This document shows, in pieces, positions 13,142 through 26,139 of a DNA stretch of 64,000 nucleotides. A model generated the notes under the pieces. It saw nothing but the letters and a program-made list of their open reading frames with translations. It ran no database searches and was not told the DNA's origin. This DNA comes from Eledone cirrhosa (Eukaryota): contig OZ024752.1 of assembly GCA_964016885.1 (NCBI GenBank), positions 8,556,001 through 8,620,000 of the forward strand. The letters run 5' to 3'. Position 1 is the stretch's first letter. Every line of letters begins with the position of its first letter. A program made the translations under genes and the position numbers.

Positions 13142-13677
13142 CTCTATATAGTGACACTATCAGCTGTCTCTCTCATATACCACCGTACTCTGAAGACCTC
13201 TACTCTATGTAGTGTGACTATCAGCTGTCCCCCTCATATACCACCCTACTATGAGAACCTCTACTCTATGTGACCATCAGCTGTCCCTCTCATATACCAC
13301 CCTGCTATGGACAGGAAAACCTTCACAACATTATGTCAGAGTGAAAGACCAGATGGCTACAGCTGGAATGCTTTTGATCATAGCCCTGCTCCATTGAAGA
13401 TAACCTAGAGTTAAACAATAATTAATTACCAATATGTCATAAATCTATTTTTCACCCAGGCTCACCCAATAAAAGCAATCCATAGTTCAGAAGGTTACAT
13501 TTGGAGCTACTCATTTGTACAATTAAGTATAAACTGCACTGGTTTACTTCACTAAACAAAAGGTAGTCCTACTTCATGGCTGGGTGATTAACAGTAGCAA
13601 GGCAACCAACTATAAAACACAACAGCTTCCAGAAAACCAATCAACCTTAGCAATGAATGGATATATAACAGTTGAAA

Positions 13678-13717
<40 letters not shown>

Positions 13718-14010
13718 TGATGATGATATATATATATATAGACATATGCACATTTAAGGTTGTTTTCTCTGCTGTCAAGATATGTGATTTGAGGGAGACC
13801 TGACTAATATTTCTACCTGTTCAGGCCAGGCAACCACATAGCTGTTTCCTTGTTTCTCACATCCTTACTGGTTTAACTTTTTGGTGGAAACTCCCCCAAA
13901 CGACCAAAGATTCTTCACTAAAGAACAGAATAAATTTGATGACAGCCCTGAAGAGGGAAGGACTCCGGCAGGTTTAAAATGTCCCAGAAACAATGGATAC
14001 TACCACAGGA

Positions 14011-14716
14011 GTTACTGGACCATACCATACTACCACAGCACCCTACGACTCCCACACAAGTTACTGGACCATACCATACTACCACAGCACCCCTACGACT
14101 CCCACACAAGTTACTGGACCATACCATACTACCACAGCACCCTACGACTCCCACACAAGTTACTGGACCATACCATACTACCACAGCACCCTACGACTCC
14201 CACACAAGTTACTGGACCATACCATACTACCACAGCACCCCTACGACTCCCACACAAGTTACTGGACCATACCATACTACCACAGCACCCTACGACTCCC
14301 ACACAAGTTACTGGACCATACCATACTACCACAGCACCCTACGACTCCCACACAAGTTACTGGACCATACCATACTACCACAGCACCCCTACGACTCCCA
14401 CACAAGTTACTGGACCATACCATACTACCACAGCACCCCTACGACTCCCACACAAGTTACTGGACCATACCATACTACCACAGCACCCTACGACTCCCAC
14501 ACAAGTTACTGGACCATACCATACTACCACAGCACCCCTACGACTCCCACACAAGTTACTGGACCATACCATACTACCACAGCACCCCTACGACTCCCAC
14601 ACAAGTTACTGGACCATACCATACTACCACAGCACCCTACGACTCCCACACAAGTTACAGGACCCTACCACACTACCACAGCCCCCCCCCACAAGTTACA
14701 GGACCATACCACACTA
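14011..14716 (+). repeat. 49/50-bp minisatellite, ~14 copies
   Basis: Unit gttactggaccataccatactaccacagcacc(c)ctacgactcccacacaa. Continues directly from a dispersed repeat at ~13910-14030. Confidence 0.95.
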
Positions 14717-15119
14717 CGAAGTTTTCATATCCTTCACTAGTTTGTCTCTAGTTTTCTTTAACTACATTCTAGTCACTACTAATTACTAATTTATATCATG
14801 TACTAATTACTAATTTATATCATTTGTTCATGTATCATTCCATTAGTTACTACTCAACATTATCAATGATTTATTTCTTAGGCACAAACTAAAATTGATG
14901 AAGTGGGGAGGGGGTGGCAATAATCAATTTTATTGATTCTGAAAGAGATATAAGACTGTCACCCTAGTTGACATCTCTCACCTGCAATGTTTCCATATTT
15001 CAACATAAAATATAAAATAACTATAGTTAAATAAGGCCTGGAAAAGAACAGACATTGCCAATGTCAACACAAGTGAATCCAAAACCCAGTCTTCAGCAAC
15101 ATAAAAAACTGATGAAAAT

Positions 15120-17260
15120 AATAATTGTTTCTACGTTAGGCACAAAGCCAGAAATTTGGGGCAAAATGGGAGGAGTAAGTCGATTAAATTGACCCCAGTG
15201 CATTACTGGTATTTTATTTTATCAATTCTGTAAGGACAAAAAGCAAAGCTAACATCTGTGGGATTTAGCTTTGCCTTTCATCCTTACGGGGTCGATAAAA
15301 TAAAGTACCAGTAATGAACTGGGGTCAATTTAATCGACTTTCCACTAATAATAATTGTTTCTACTTTTGGCACAAGGCCAGCAATTACCAGTGCATTACT
15401 GGTACTTTATTTTATCGACCCCGTAAGGATGAAAGGTAAAGTTAAGCTCGGCGGCATTTGAACTCAGAATGGCAAGGGCCGTAACTCAATGCGTCAAAGC
15501 ATGGCGTCCGTCCTTCTACTGATACTGCCAAATAATGATGATAATAATAATAAAAAAGTTAGAATTTATTTCTTGCTCCAACATAGATACATAAATGCAT
15601 TCGTGTGTTTAATATCAAATAATAGAAATATTTGATTTGTTAACAAGCAAACAACTTTTTTAGATGACTCACCATATTTTTGTTCTAGCAGTGATAGAGA
15701 AAACAAAAGGATGATGGTCGTCTATAAAACATAGCCTAATGGGGCTGTTCGCTTGTTAACAAATCGATTATTATTATTATTATTATTATTATTCGATGAG
15801 TTCAAATCCCACCGAGGTTAACTTTGCCTTTCATCCTGATGGGGTTGATAAAATAAAGTACCAGTAATACACTGGGATAATTGCTGGCCTTGTGCCAAAA
15901 GTAGAAACAATTATTATTATTATTCGATATAAATCTTACGAATGCAATAATAATAATTATTACTATTATTTCTTTTTATTTGCCACAACGGTCAACAAAA
16001 AGGGGACAATACAATAGACAGGGACAGTAGGGGTTTACAATGAAATCAAGTAAAAACAAATTAATAACAATAATCAAAAGAATTACAACATTGAAAATTC
16101 CCCAAAGAGGAGGGGGGGGGGGCTACATAGGGACCCCATGAATCCTAAACCACCAGACACCCCTCTAATAATAATTTTTGGAACATTTCTTCCACGTAAA
16201 CATGTGTCAATAAGTACAGTGACATAACTGAGCATCGAGAGGGATTACATTTGAATCTCATCAAAGTCGAGTTTAGTGTTTTTCTTAAATAATAATTATT
16301 TCTATTTTTGGCACAAGTCAATTAAATTGACCCCAGTGCATTACTGGTGCTTTATTTTATCAACCCTGTAAGGATGAAAGGCAAAGTTAACCTCAGCGGG
16401 ATTTGAACTCAGATTGTAAAGGGCCGTAACTCTATGCTGCAAAGCATGGCGTCCGCCCCTCTACCGATACTGCTAATAATTGTTTCTACTTTAGGCACAA
16501 GGCCAGCAATTACCCCAGTGCATTACTGGTGCTTCATTTTATCGACCCCGTAAGGATGAAAGGCGAAGTTAACCTCGGTGGGATTTGAATTCAGATTGTA
16601 AAGGGCCGTAACTATGCTGCAAAGCATGGCGTCCGACCTTCTGCCAATATTGCCAATATTCACCAAGTAATCTACAACTAATGGTGCTGCCAAGAATATA
16701 TAATACAGAACTAAGTTAACAAATACAAGTTCCAGTTTGTTTTTTTGGTGGGGAGAAATAATTCCCTAGCAGCTGTCTTATTTGTTAAATATTAACATAA
16801 GAAGCAATTGTAATGCTATCTACATCTCAACATCCTCAATTTCATCATCTTCACTATCATCTCATTTATCTGAACATCAGATCCTTCTCGTGTATTTACA
16901 GGAGATCACTTGTATCATAGCAACATTTTCACTTTCTCTACTGTCAATAAAATTAAGAGAATTACGACCTTTTATGTTCTGAGTTCAAATCCCGCTGAAG
17001 TTAGCTTTGTATTCCATCCTTATGGGGCCAATAAAAAAAATAAGGTACCAGTAATGCACTGGAATCAATTTAATCAACTTTCCCCTTCCCCCAAATTGTT
17101 GGCCTTGTGCCCAAACCCCAAACCATTATTATTAAATCCTGCCAATGCTAACTTTGTCTTTCATCCTTAAGGGGTCGAGAAAATAAAGTACCAGTAATAC
17201 ACTGGGATTGATTTAATCGACTTTCCCCTTCCCCAAATCAGCAACCATTATTATTATTAT
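15120..17260. mobile_element. Dense cluster of one SINE family in both orientations (about 8 partial copies)
   Basis: Recurrent gagttcaaatcc...aactttgcctttcatcc...ggggtcgataaaataaagtaccagtaatgcactggg...ggccttgtgcc and its reverse complement. Further copies at 18640, 19190, 25820, 35610 and 55800. Confidence 0.8.
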
Positions 17261-17911
17261 TTTATTATCTAACCCGGAAGTGCATCTCTTCTGAAATGAG
17301 AGTCAATCAATGGACAACAAAGACATACTTGAGTTGTAAAAGTTAACATTACCTCACGATGAAATTAGTCAAGACGGACAATGTAGATTCCAGTCAGTTG
17401 GAAATAAAGCTTGAGGAGTAAACTGGACAAACATAGTTAAATGGATTTCATAAGTAGGAGGTGTAAAATGATCCCGTCAATGCCTTAGCAAAGTAGTAGG
17501 TGTGAAATGTTTCCGTCAATACCTTAGCAAAGTAGTAGGTGTGAAAGGATTCCGTCAATACCTTAGCAAAGCGATAAATTAACTGAAACAGTGAAAAAAA
17601 AAATAAATAAAAATAAAAACAATGGAAAATAAAATACATTACTAAAAATTAATAAGTAAAAAGAGAAACAAAACCATGCACATAAAACAGATTCAAAGAA
17701 TAACCCTAATAAAATATTTTGTGATTCAGTAAATGTAGCATGCAATATTTTTCTTTTATAAACATTTAGAAACAAATCTATATATGACTGACACGGCAAA
17801 TTGGCAGAAATGTTAGGAATGCTTTGCAGTATTCACGCCAGTTCTCTGAGTTCAAATCCCGCTAAGATCAACTTTACCTTTCATCTATTCTAGGTTGATA
17901 AAAAAGTACCA

Positions 17912-18170
17912 GTGGTTAGGGTGTTGGACTTACAATCATAATGTTGTGGGTTTGATTCCTGGGCTGGGTTGCATGTTGTGTTCTTGAACAAAACACTTCA
18001 TTTCGCATTACTCCAGTATACTCAGCTGAAAATGAGACCAGCAGTAGCTGTGGGTTTAATCCTGTGATGGACTGGCGTCCTGTCCAGGGGAAGTCTTGTA
18101 CTCTCAGTTGCTTCATGCCATGAAGCCGGGATAAGCACCGGCCTAACAAGTCTTAATGGCTTACGACATA
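17912..18170 (+). mobile_element. tRNA-derived SINE
   Basis: gtggttagggtgttggact...gggtttgattcc...tgtgttcttgaacaaaacac...gatggactggcgtcctgtccagggg. Same family as 32967, 58330 and 62515. Confidence 0.75.
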
Positions 18171-19448
18171 TTTTATAGACACAGTGAAGTACTGGGGCCA
18201 ATTCTTCCTCTATATCTCTTTCTCACTATCCCCTCTCTAGAAGAAATCTACAGTATTCAAACCTGGAGAGGAGATGGGCTATACCAGGTTTAAACAATGC
18301 CCTAGAAATGCCAAAAGTCACTAATTATGGCACCCATACAACTCCCTCACGAGTTACGTGGCCATGCATATATGACTACTCTTCCATTTTACTTCAAAAG
18401 ACATGAACATCATTCAAACTTACAGTTGAAGCTTTGCAAGTAATATATTTATAATATGTGGCATTTTCTTTCAACTATTATAAAAATACTCTCCCATTTT
18501 TTAAATATATATTTACTATTTTCATCTATATTCAGAATCATGTGACCGTATCAACAAGATCTTTTACTTTAAGTGACTATGCAGTATTTTTGTATTGTTT
18601 CTCCTTTTAGTTTCTATTATTGACACTAGGATAGTGGATTGGTAGAGTGTCAGACAACATGCTTTGCAGCCAGCTTTGCCTTTCATCCTTACAGGGTCGA
18701 TAAAATAAAGTACCAGTAACGAAATGAGGTTGATTTAATCCACTTTCCCTCTCTCCCAAAATCAGAAACCATTATTACAGCTCACACATTGATTTAGCTG
18801 GCCACCTACAAAGTATATATCTCACGAGTTTCTTGAGTGTTTTCATGAAAGTGACAGTCCTCATATTGGGTGTTACAAGAGTAGGGTCACTGATAAAAAG
18901 GCATTAATAGATATGTGCTGTGTTTTCCATATAAATGTACGTGTGAAGTATTGCAGTACTATGAGACAGTATCAACTCTTTTGTGAAGAATCCTATATAA
19001 GTAGAAGAGCAATGCATATTTCTAGTTCTTGTCTAGTGATAGTGTATGGTATGGTATGGTCCCGTAACTCCTGATGGAGTCATTGGGACACCATATTGAG
19101 ATATAGCATTTGTTGGGCATTTTAAGCCTGGTGGACCCCATCCTTCTCTAGTCCTAAGTGTACCAGATTTCTTCCAGAGAAGAAGAATCGACCCCAGTAC
19201 TAGACTGGTACTTTATCAACCTTGAAAGGATGAATGGCAAAGTTGACTTCAGCAGGATTTGAATACAGAGAGCAGAGAGACAGAACATCAGATAGAGTGC
19301 TTTGTGGTATTTGTTCTAACAACTGCCAATTCATTGCCTTAGTGCTTATAAAATATTATGACAAAATCAGTAGAGGATTGATCAAAATACTTCCTACCAA
19401 TCAATTTAATACATATGATGCTCAACCAATTCTGCCAATAATTACAAA

Positions 19449-19480
<32 letters not shown>

Positions 19481-20802
19481 TACATTTGAAGACTAAGACA
19501 AAAGTGAAACCCTTGCAGTGTGAGGCAAACATCATAAGAATCAGATTTCCTGTAAACTTTATATAGAAATATTTTATCTTTAACCCTTTAGCAATTACAT
19601 TATTCTATATTTACTATTGTATTTTCACAGTAAAGGCTTTATCTCACATAATAACGAATCTATGAGATTTTGATGTTAATAATTTTGAGAATAATACCTT
19701 AACATTGGTTCTGAGCAACTGATTACAGCAGGTTTGAACAGAAAGAGGTGAGAGAATTCTGGTTGGATATGGCTGGTTTAAATGCTAAAGGGTTAAATAA
19801 TAGCTGTATAGTTTTATAAACAATTGCAAACAGAGAGAATTTAGGGAATAATGTTTGAGCAACAAAAATGAAAAAAATATCTTTTTCATAACAAAACAAT
19901 TACCAAATGGTCTGAAACCAATCGTGGTTTTAGACAAAACTTGCCATTTTAAATTAAAATGTTCTCTTATCTTGTGTAAAAGCCTTTTGTTGAATCATTC
20001 TCCAAACATCAGCTTAATAATGGAGTTAAGCTATGTTACTAAATTCCTCAAAGTTATTAATTGTTTTGAAAATTGATACACATGGGTTATGTATTTCACT
20101 AGAAATATAGTAACACAAGTCAAATGGTTTTCTGTATACACTTCAATATCTAACTGAAGATATCGGTAAAATTTAAAGGTTTTTGAAACTGGTATGTTTC
20201 TTATGTAAGAAACTTGATTTCACATCATTATCATCGTCTGTTTTAACCCTTTAGTATTTAAACCGGCTGTATCTCACCCCTTTCTGTTCAAACCGGGTGT
20301 ATTTGGCTGCTCATACTTATGTCACGGTCTTATTCTCAAAATAAATAATATCAAAATCCCATAGATTCAATATTACACGAGATAATTATATGAGGTAAAG
20401 TCTTTACCATGTAAATATAGAGTAATGTAAATTTTTCTTGACTTGTCACAAGCATTTCACATATGGAATTGAATTAACAAGTGCAGAAAGTTAAAAGGCA
20501 TTAGACCTTTCTTTTTAACTGAGATTTAAAAAAAAATTTAAAAAAATAAAAAAAAGGAAAAATGAGAACCGGGTGAAGAAAACAGCCAGACAAGAGAAAA
20601 GTAGTTGAAAAATAAGACATACTAGGAAAATCTAAGAACAAAAGAAAACTTTTCTGAAACTCATCTATTTTAAGCTAACATATCAAGGTACGTAGAGAAC
20701 ACCCTCCCTTTATAAAATGGTGGCTAAAACTGAGACAACAGAATAGAGAGGACCCTCTTAGCTGACATATCTGACAACCTCTCTAGTGTTCACACCATAA
20801 TA

Positions 20803-23800
20803 AAATGAACCCAGTACACACTGTAAAGTGGTAGTGCTACTGTCATGATTAAATGAACCCAGTACACTCTGTAAAGTGGTAGTGCTAGTGTCATGATTAA
20901 ATGAACCCAGTACACTCTGTAAAGTGGTAGTGCTAGTGTCATGATTAAATGAACCCAGTACACTCTGTAAAGTGGTAGTGCTAGTGTCATGATTAAATGA
21001 ACCCAGTACACTCTGTAAAGTGGTAGTGCTAGTGTCATGATTAAATGAACCCACTACACTCTGTAAAGTGGTAGTGCTAGTGTCATGATTAAATGAACCC
21101 AGTACACACTGCAAAGTGGTAGTGCTAGTGTCATGGTTAAATGAACACAGTACACTCTGTAAAGTGGTAGTGCTAGTGTCATGATTAAATGAACCCAGTA
21201 CACACTGTAAAGTGGTAGTGCTAGTGTCATGATTAAATGAACCCAGTACACTCTGTAAAGTGGTAGTGCTAGTGTCATGATTAAATGAACCCAGTACACA
21301 CTGTAAAGTGGTAGTGCTAGTGTCATGATTAAATGAACCCAGTACACTCTAAAGTGGTAGTGCTGGTGTAATGATTAAATGAACCTAGTACTCTCTGTAA
21401 AGTGGTAGTGCTAGTGTCATGATTAAATGAACCCAGTACACTCTATAAAGTGGTAGTGCTAGTGTCATGATTAAATGAACCCAGTACGCTCTATAAAGTG
21501 GTAGTGCTAGTGTCATGATTAAATGAACCCAGTACGCTCTATAAAGTGGTAGTGCTAGTGTCATGATTAAATGAACCCAGTACACACTGTAAAGTGGTAG
21601 TGCTAGTGTCATGATTAAATGAACCTAGTACACTCTGTAAAGTGGTAGTGCTAGTGTCATGATTAAATGAACAAAGTACGCTCTATAAAGTGGTAGTGCT
21701 GGTGTCATGATTAAATGAACCCAGTACACACTGTAAAGTGGTAGTGCTAGTGTCATGATTAAATGAACCCAGTACACACTGTAAAGTGGTAGTGCTAGTG
21801 TCATGATTAAATGAACCCAGTACACATTTTTAAGTGGTAGTACTAGTGTCATGATTAAATGAACCTAGTACACTCTGTAAAGTGGTAGTGCTAGTGTCAT
21901 GATTAAATGAACCCAGTACGCTCTATAAAGTGGTAGTGCTGGTGTCATGATTAAATGAACCCAGTACACACTGTAAAGTGGTAGTGCTAGTGTCATGATT
22001 AAATGAACCCACTACACACTGTAAAGTGGTAGTGCTAGTGTCATGATTAAATGAACCCAGTACACACTGTAAAGTGGTAGTGCTGGTGTCATGATTAAAT
22101 GAACCCAGTACACACTGTAAAGTGGTAGTGCTAGTGTCATGATTAAATGAACCCAGTACACTTTGTAAAGTGGTAGTGCTAGTGTCATGATTAAATGAAC
22201 CCAGTACGCTCTATAAAGTGGTAGTGCTAGTGTCATGATTAAATGAACCCAGTACACACTGTAAAGTGGTAGTGCTAGTGTCATGATTAAATGAACCCAG
22301 TACACACTGTAAAGTGGTAGTGCTAGTGTCATGATTAAATGAACCCAGTACACACTGTAAAGTGGTAGCGCTAGTGTCATGATTAAATGAACCTAGTACA
22401 CTCTGTAAAGTGGTAGTGCTAGTGTCATGATTAAATGAACCCAGCACACTCTGTAAAGTGGTAGTGCTAGTGTCATGATTAAATGAACCCAGTACGCTCT
22501 ATGAAGTGGTAGTGCTGGTGTCATGGTTAAATGAACCCAGTACACACTGTAAAGTGGTAGTGCTAGTGTCATGATTAAATGAACCCAGTACGCACTGTAA
22601 AGTGGTAGTGCTAGTGTCATGGTTAAATGAACCCAGTACGCTCTGTAAAGTGGTAGTGCGAGTGTCATGATTAAATGAACCTAGTACACTCTGTAAAGTG
22701 GTAGTGCTAGTGTCATGGTTAAATGAACCCAGTACACACTGTAAAGTGGTAGTGCTAGTGTCATGATTAAATGAACCCAGTACACATTTTTAAGTGGTAG
22801 TGCTAGTGTCATGATTAAATGAACCCAGTACGCTCTATAAAGTGGTAGTGCTAGTGTCATGATTAAATGAACCCAGTACACTCTGTAAAGTGGTAGTGCT
22901 AGTGTCATGATTAAATGAACCCAGTACGCTCTATAAAGTGGTAGTGCTGGTGTCATGATTAAATGAACCCAGTACGCTCTATAAAGTGGTAGTGCTAGTG
23001 TTATGATTAAATGAACCTAGTATACTCTGTAAAGTGGTAGTGCTAGTGTCATGATTAAATGAACCTAGTATACTCTGTAAAGTGGTAGTGCTAGTGTCAT
23101 GATTAAATGAACCCAGTACACTCTGTAAAGTGGTAGTGCTAGTGACATGGTTAAATGAACCCAGTACACTCTGTAAATTGGTAGTGCTAGTGTCATGGTT
23201 AAATGAACCCAGTACACTCTGTAAAGTGGTAGTGCTAGTGTCATGATTAAATGAACCTAGTACACTCTGTAAAGTGGTAGTGCTAGTGTCATGATTAAAT
23301 GAACCTAGTTCACACTGTAAAGTGGTAGTGCTAGTGTCATGGTTAAATGAACCCAGTACACTCTGTAAAGTGGTAGTGCTAGTGTCATGGTTAAATGAAC
23401 CCAGTACGCTCTGTAAAGTGGTAGTGCTAGTGTCATGATTAAATGAACCCAGTACGCTCTGTAAAGTGGTAGTGCTAGTGTCATGATTAAATGAACCCAG
23501 TACACTCTATAAAGTGGTAGTGCTAGTGTCATGATTAAATGAACCCAGTACGCTCTATAAAGTGGTAGTGCTGGTGTCATTATTAAATAAACCTAGTACA
23601 CACTATAAAGTGGTAGTGCTAGTGTCATGATTAAATGAACCCAGTACACACTGTAAAGTGGTAGTGCTAGTGTCATGATTAAATGAACCCAGTACTCTCT
23701 GTAAAGTGGTAGTGCTAGTGTCATGATTAAATGAACCCAGTACACTCTATAAAGTGGTAGTGCTACTGTCATGATTAAATGAACCCAGTACGCTCTATAA

Positions 23801-25240
23801 AGTGGCAGTGCTGGTGTCATGATTAAATGAACCTAGTACACACTATAAAGTGGTAGTGCTAGTGTCATGATTAAATGAACCCAGTACTCTCTGTAAAGTG
23901 GTAGTGCTAGTGTCATGATTAAATGAACCCAGTACACTCTGTAAAGTGGTAGTGCTAGTGTCATGATTAAATGAACCCAGTACACTCTATAAAGTGGTAG
24001 TGCTAGTGTCATGATTAAATGAACCCAGTACACTCTGTAAAGTGGTAGTGCTAGTGTCATGATTAAATGAACCCAGTACACTCTGTAAAGTGGTAGTGCT
24101 AGTGTCATGATTAAATGAACCCAGTACACACTATAAAGTGGTAGTGCTAGTGTCATGGTTAAATGAACCCAGTACACACTGTAAAGTGGTAGTGCTGGTG
24201 TCATGATTAAATGAACCCAGTACACTCTGTAAAGTGGTAGTGTTGGTGTCATGATTAAATGAACCCAGTACACACTGTAAAGTGGTAGTGCTAGTGTCAT
24301 GGTTAAATGAACCCAGTACGCTCTATAAAGTGGTAGTGCTAGTGTCATGATTAAATGAACCCAGTACACACTGTAAAGTGGTAGTGCTAGTGTCATGATT
24401 AAATGAACCCAGTACACACTGTAAAGTGGTAGTGCTAGTGTCATGGTTAAATGAACCCAGTACGCTCTATAAAGTGGCAGTGCTGGTGTCATGATTAAAT
24501 GAACCCAGTACACACTGTAAAGTGGTAGTGCTGGTGTCATGATTAAATGAACCCAGTACGCTCTGTAAAGTGGTAGTGCTAGTGTCATGATTAAATGAAC
24601 CCAGTACACACTATAAAGTGGTAGTGCTAGTGTCATGGTTAAATGAACCCAGTACGCTCTATAAAGTGGTAGTGCTGGTGTCATGATTAAATGAACCCAG
24701 TACACACTGTAAAGTGGTAGTGCTGGTGTCATGGTTAAATGAACCCAGTACACACTGTAAAGTGGTAGTGCTGGTGTCATGATTAAATGAACCCAGTACA
24801 CACTGTAAAGTGGTAGTGCTGGTGTCATGATTAAATGAACCCAGTACGCTCTGTAAAGTGGTAGTGCTAGTGTCATGATTAAATGAACCCAGTACGCTCT
24901 GTAAAGTGGTAGTGTTGGTGTCATGATTAAATGAACCTAGTACACTCTATAAAGTGGCAGTGCTGGTGTCATGATTAAATGAACCTAGTACACACTATAA
25001 AGTGGTAGTGCTGGTGTCATGATTAAATGAACCTAGTACACACTGTAAAGTGGTAGTGCTAGTGTCATGATTAAATGAACCCAGTACACACTGTATAGTG
25101 GTAGTGCTGGTGTAATGATTAAATGAACCTAGTACTCTCTGTAAAGTGGTAGTGCTAGTGTCATGATTAACTGAACCTAGTACTCTCTGTAGAGTGGTAG
25201 TGCTAGTGTCATGAATTAATTTAACCCAGTATTCTCTGTA
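20803..25240 (+). repeat. 48-bp satellite, ~92 copies with point variants
   Basis: Unit aaatgaacccagtacactctgtaaagtggtagtgctagtgtcatgatt. Right end reads into the SINE body and tail (25240-25390). Confidence 0.97.
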
Positions 25241-26139
25241 TAGCAGTTGGTATTAAGAAGGGCAAAAGGCCACAGGAAATTGACAATGGAACACATGAGG
25301 AATGAGTGGCCCTGAGACCCATCTAGCTTCAGACCATGACAACTTGTTCTATTGATGCCAGCATGGAAAAACAGACATAAAATGATGATATATGTGAGTG
25401 CAATGAATATGAAAGGTATTCTTATATAGAATGCTAATTAATAGCTTCGTTAACAAATCACAAACATTACTCATACAAACAAAAACCTAGACTTAAAAAA
25501 ATCCAATAAAATCAATATCTAAGGTTGATCAACGGTATGAAACTTGGTTTAATATCCTTCATCATCATCATCTTCGTTTAATGTCCATCTTCCATGCTTA
25601 TAAACCAATACACAGCAGCACTTCCTACTATAAGACTTTGTACTCTTATATATGACTACACTTCCTACTATAAGACTTTGTACTCTTATATATGACTGAG
25701 AGAACAATCAGTCTGTTATATATAATCAATCCATATTTTATCAACTGATAGCAAACCCTTCAGTCTCAGAGTTGCTAACCCCACAAAAATGAATCCACCT
25801 ATGTATACCCAGCGTCGGACAATATGCTTTGCGGCATAGAATTATGGTCCTTTACAAATCCTGCCACGGTTAGCTTTGCCTTTCATCCTTACAGGATCGA
25901 TGAAATAAAGCATCAGTAATGCACTGGGGGTAAATTTAATTGGCTTCCCCTCCCCCAAAATTGCTGGCCTTGTGCCTAAATCAGAAACCATTGTTGTTGT
26001 TAATTAGTAGAGAAGATGTAGCTGCAATGATCTTAACAGGTCCTCTCAATGTAACTGAAGTTTAGTCTGAACATCTGTAGGTCAACATTTGTTGAGGAGG
26101 CAATTCTAGTTCTGGGAGGGATGTGTTTCATGTGACACT

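Noticed and set aside
13881-14789. Mucin-like Thr/Pro/His ORFs
   Set aside because: The 49/50-bp units are not multiples of three, all frames are open, and the array derives from a repeat tail.
20803-25240. CRISPR-like regular array
   Set aside because: Units are head-to-tail with no unique spacers, there are no cas genes, and the context is eukaryotic. The same applies to the 3.3, 14.0 and 60.7 kb arrays.
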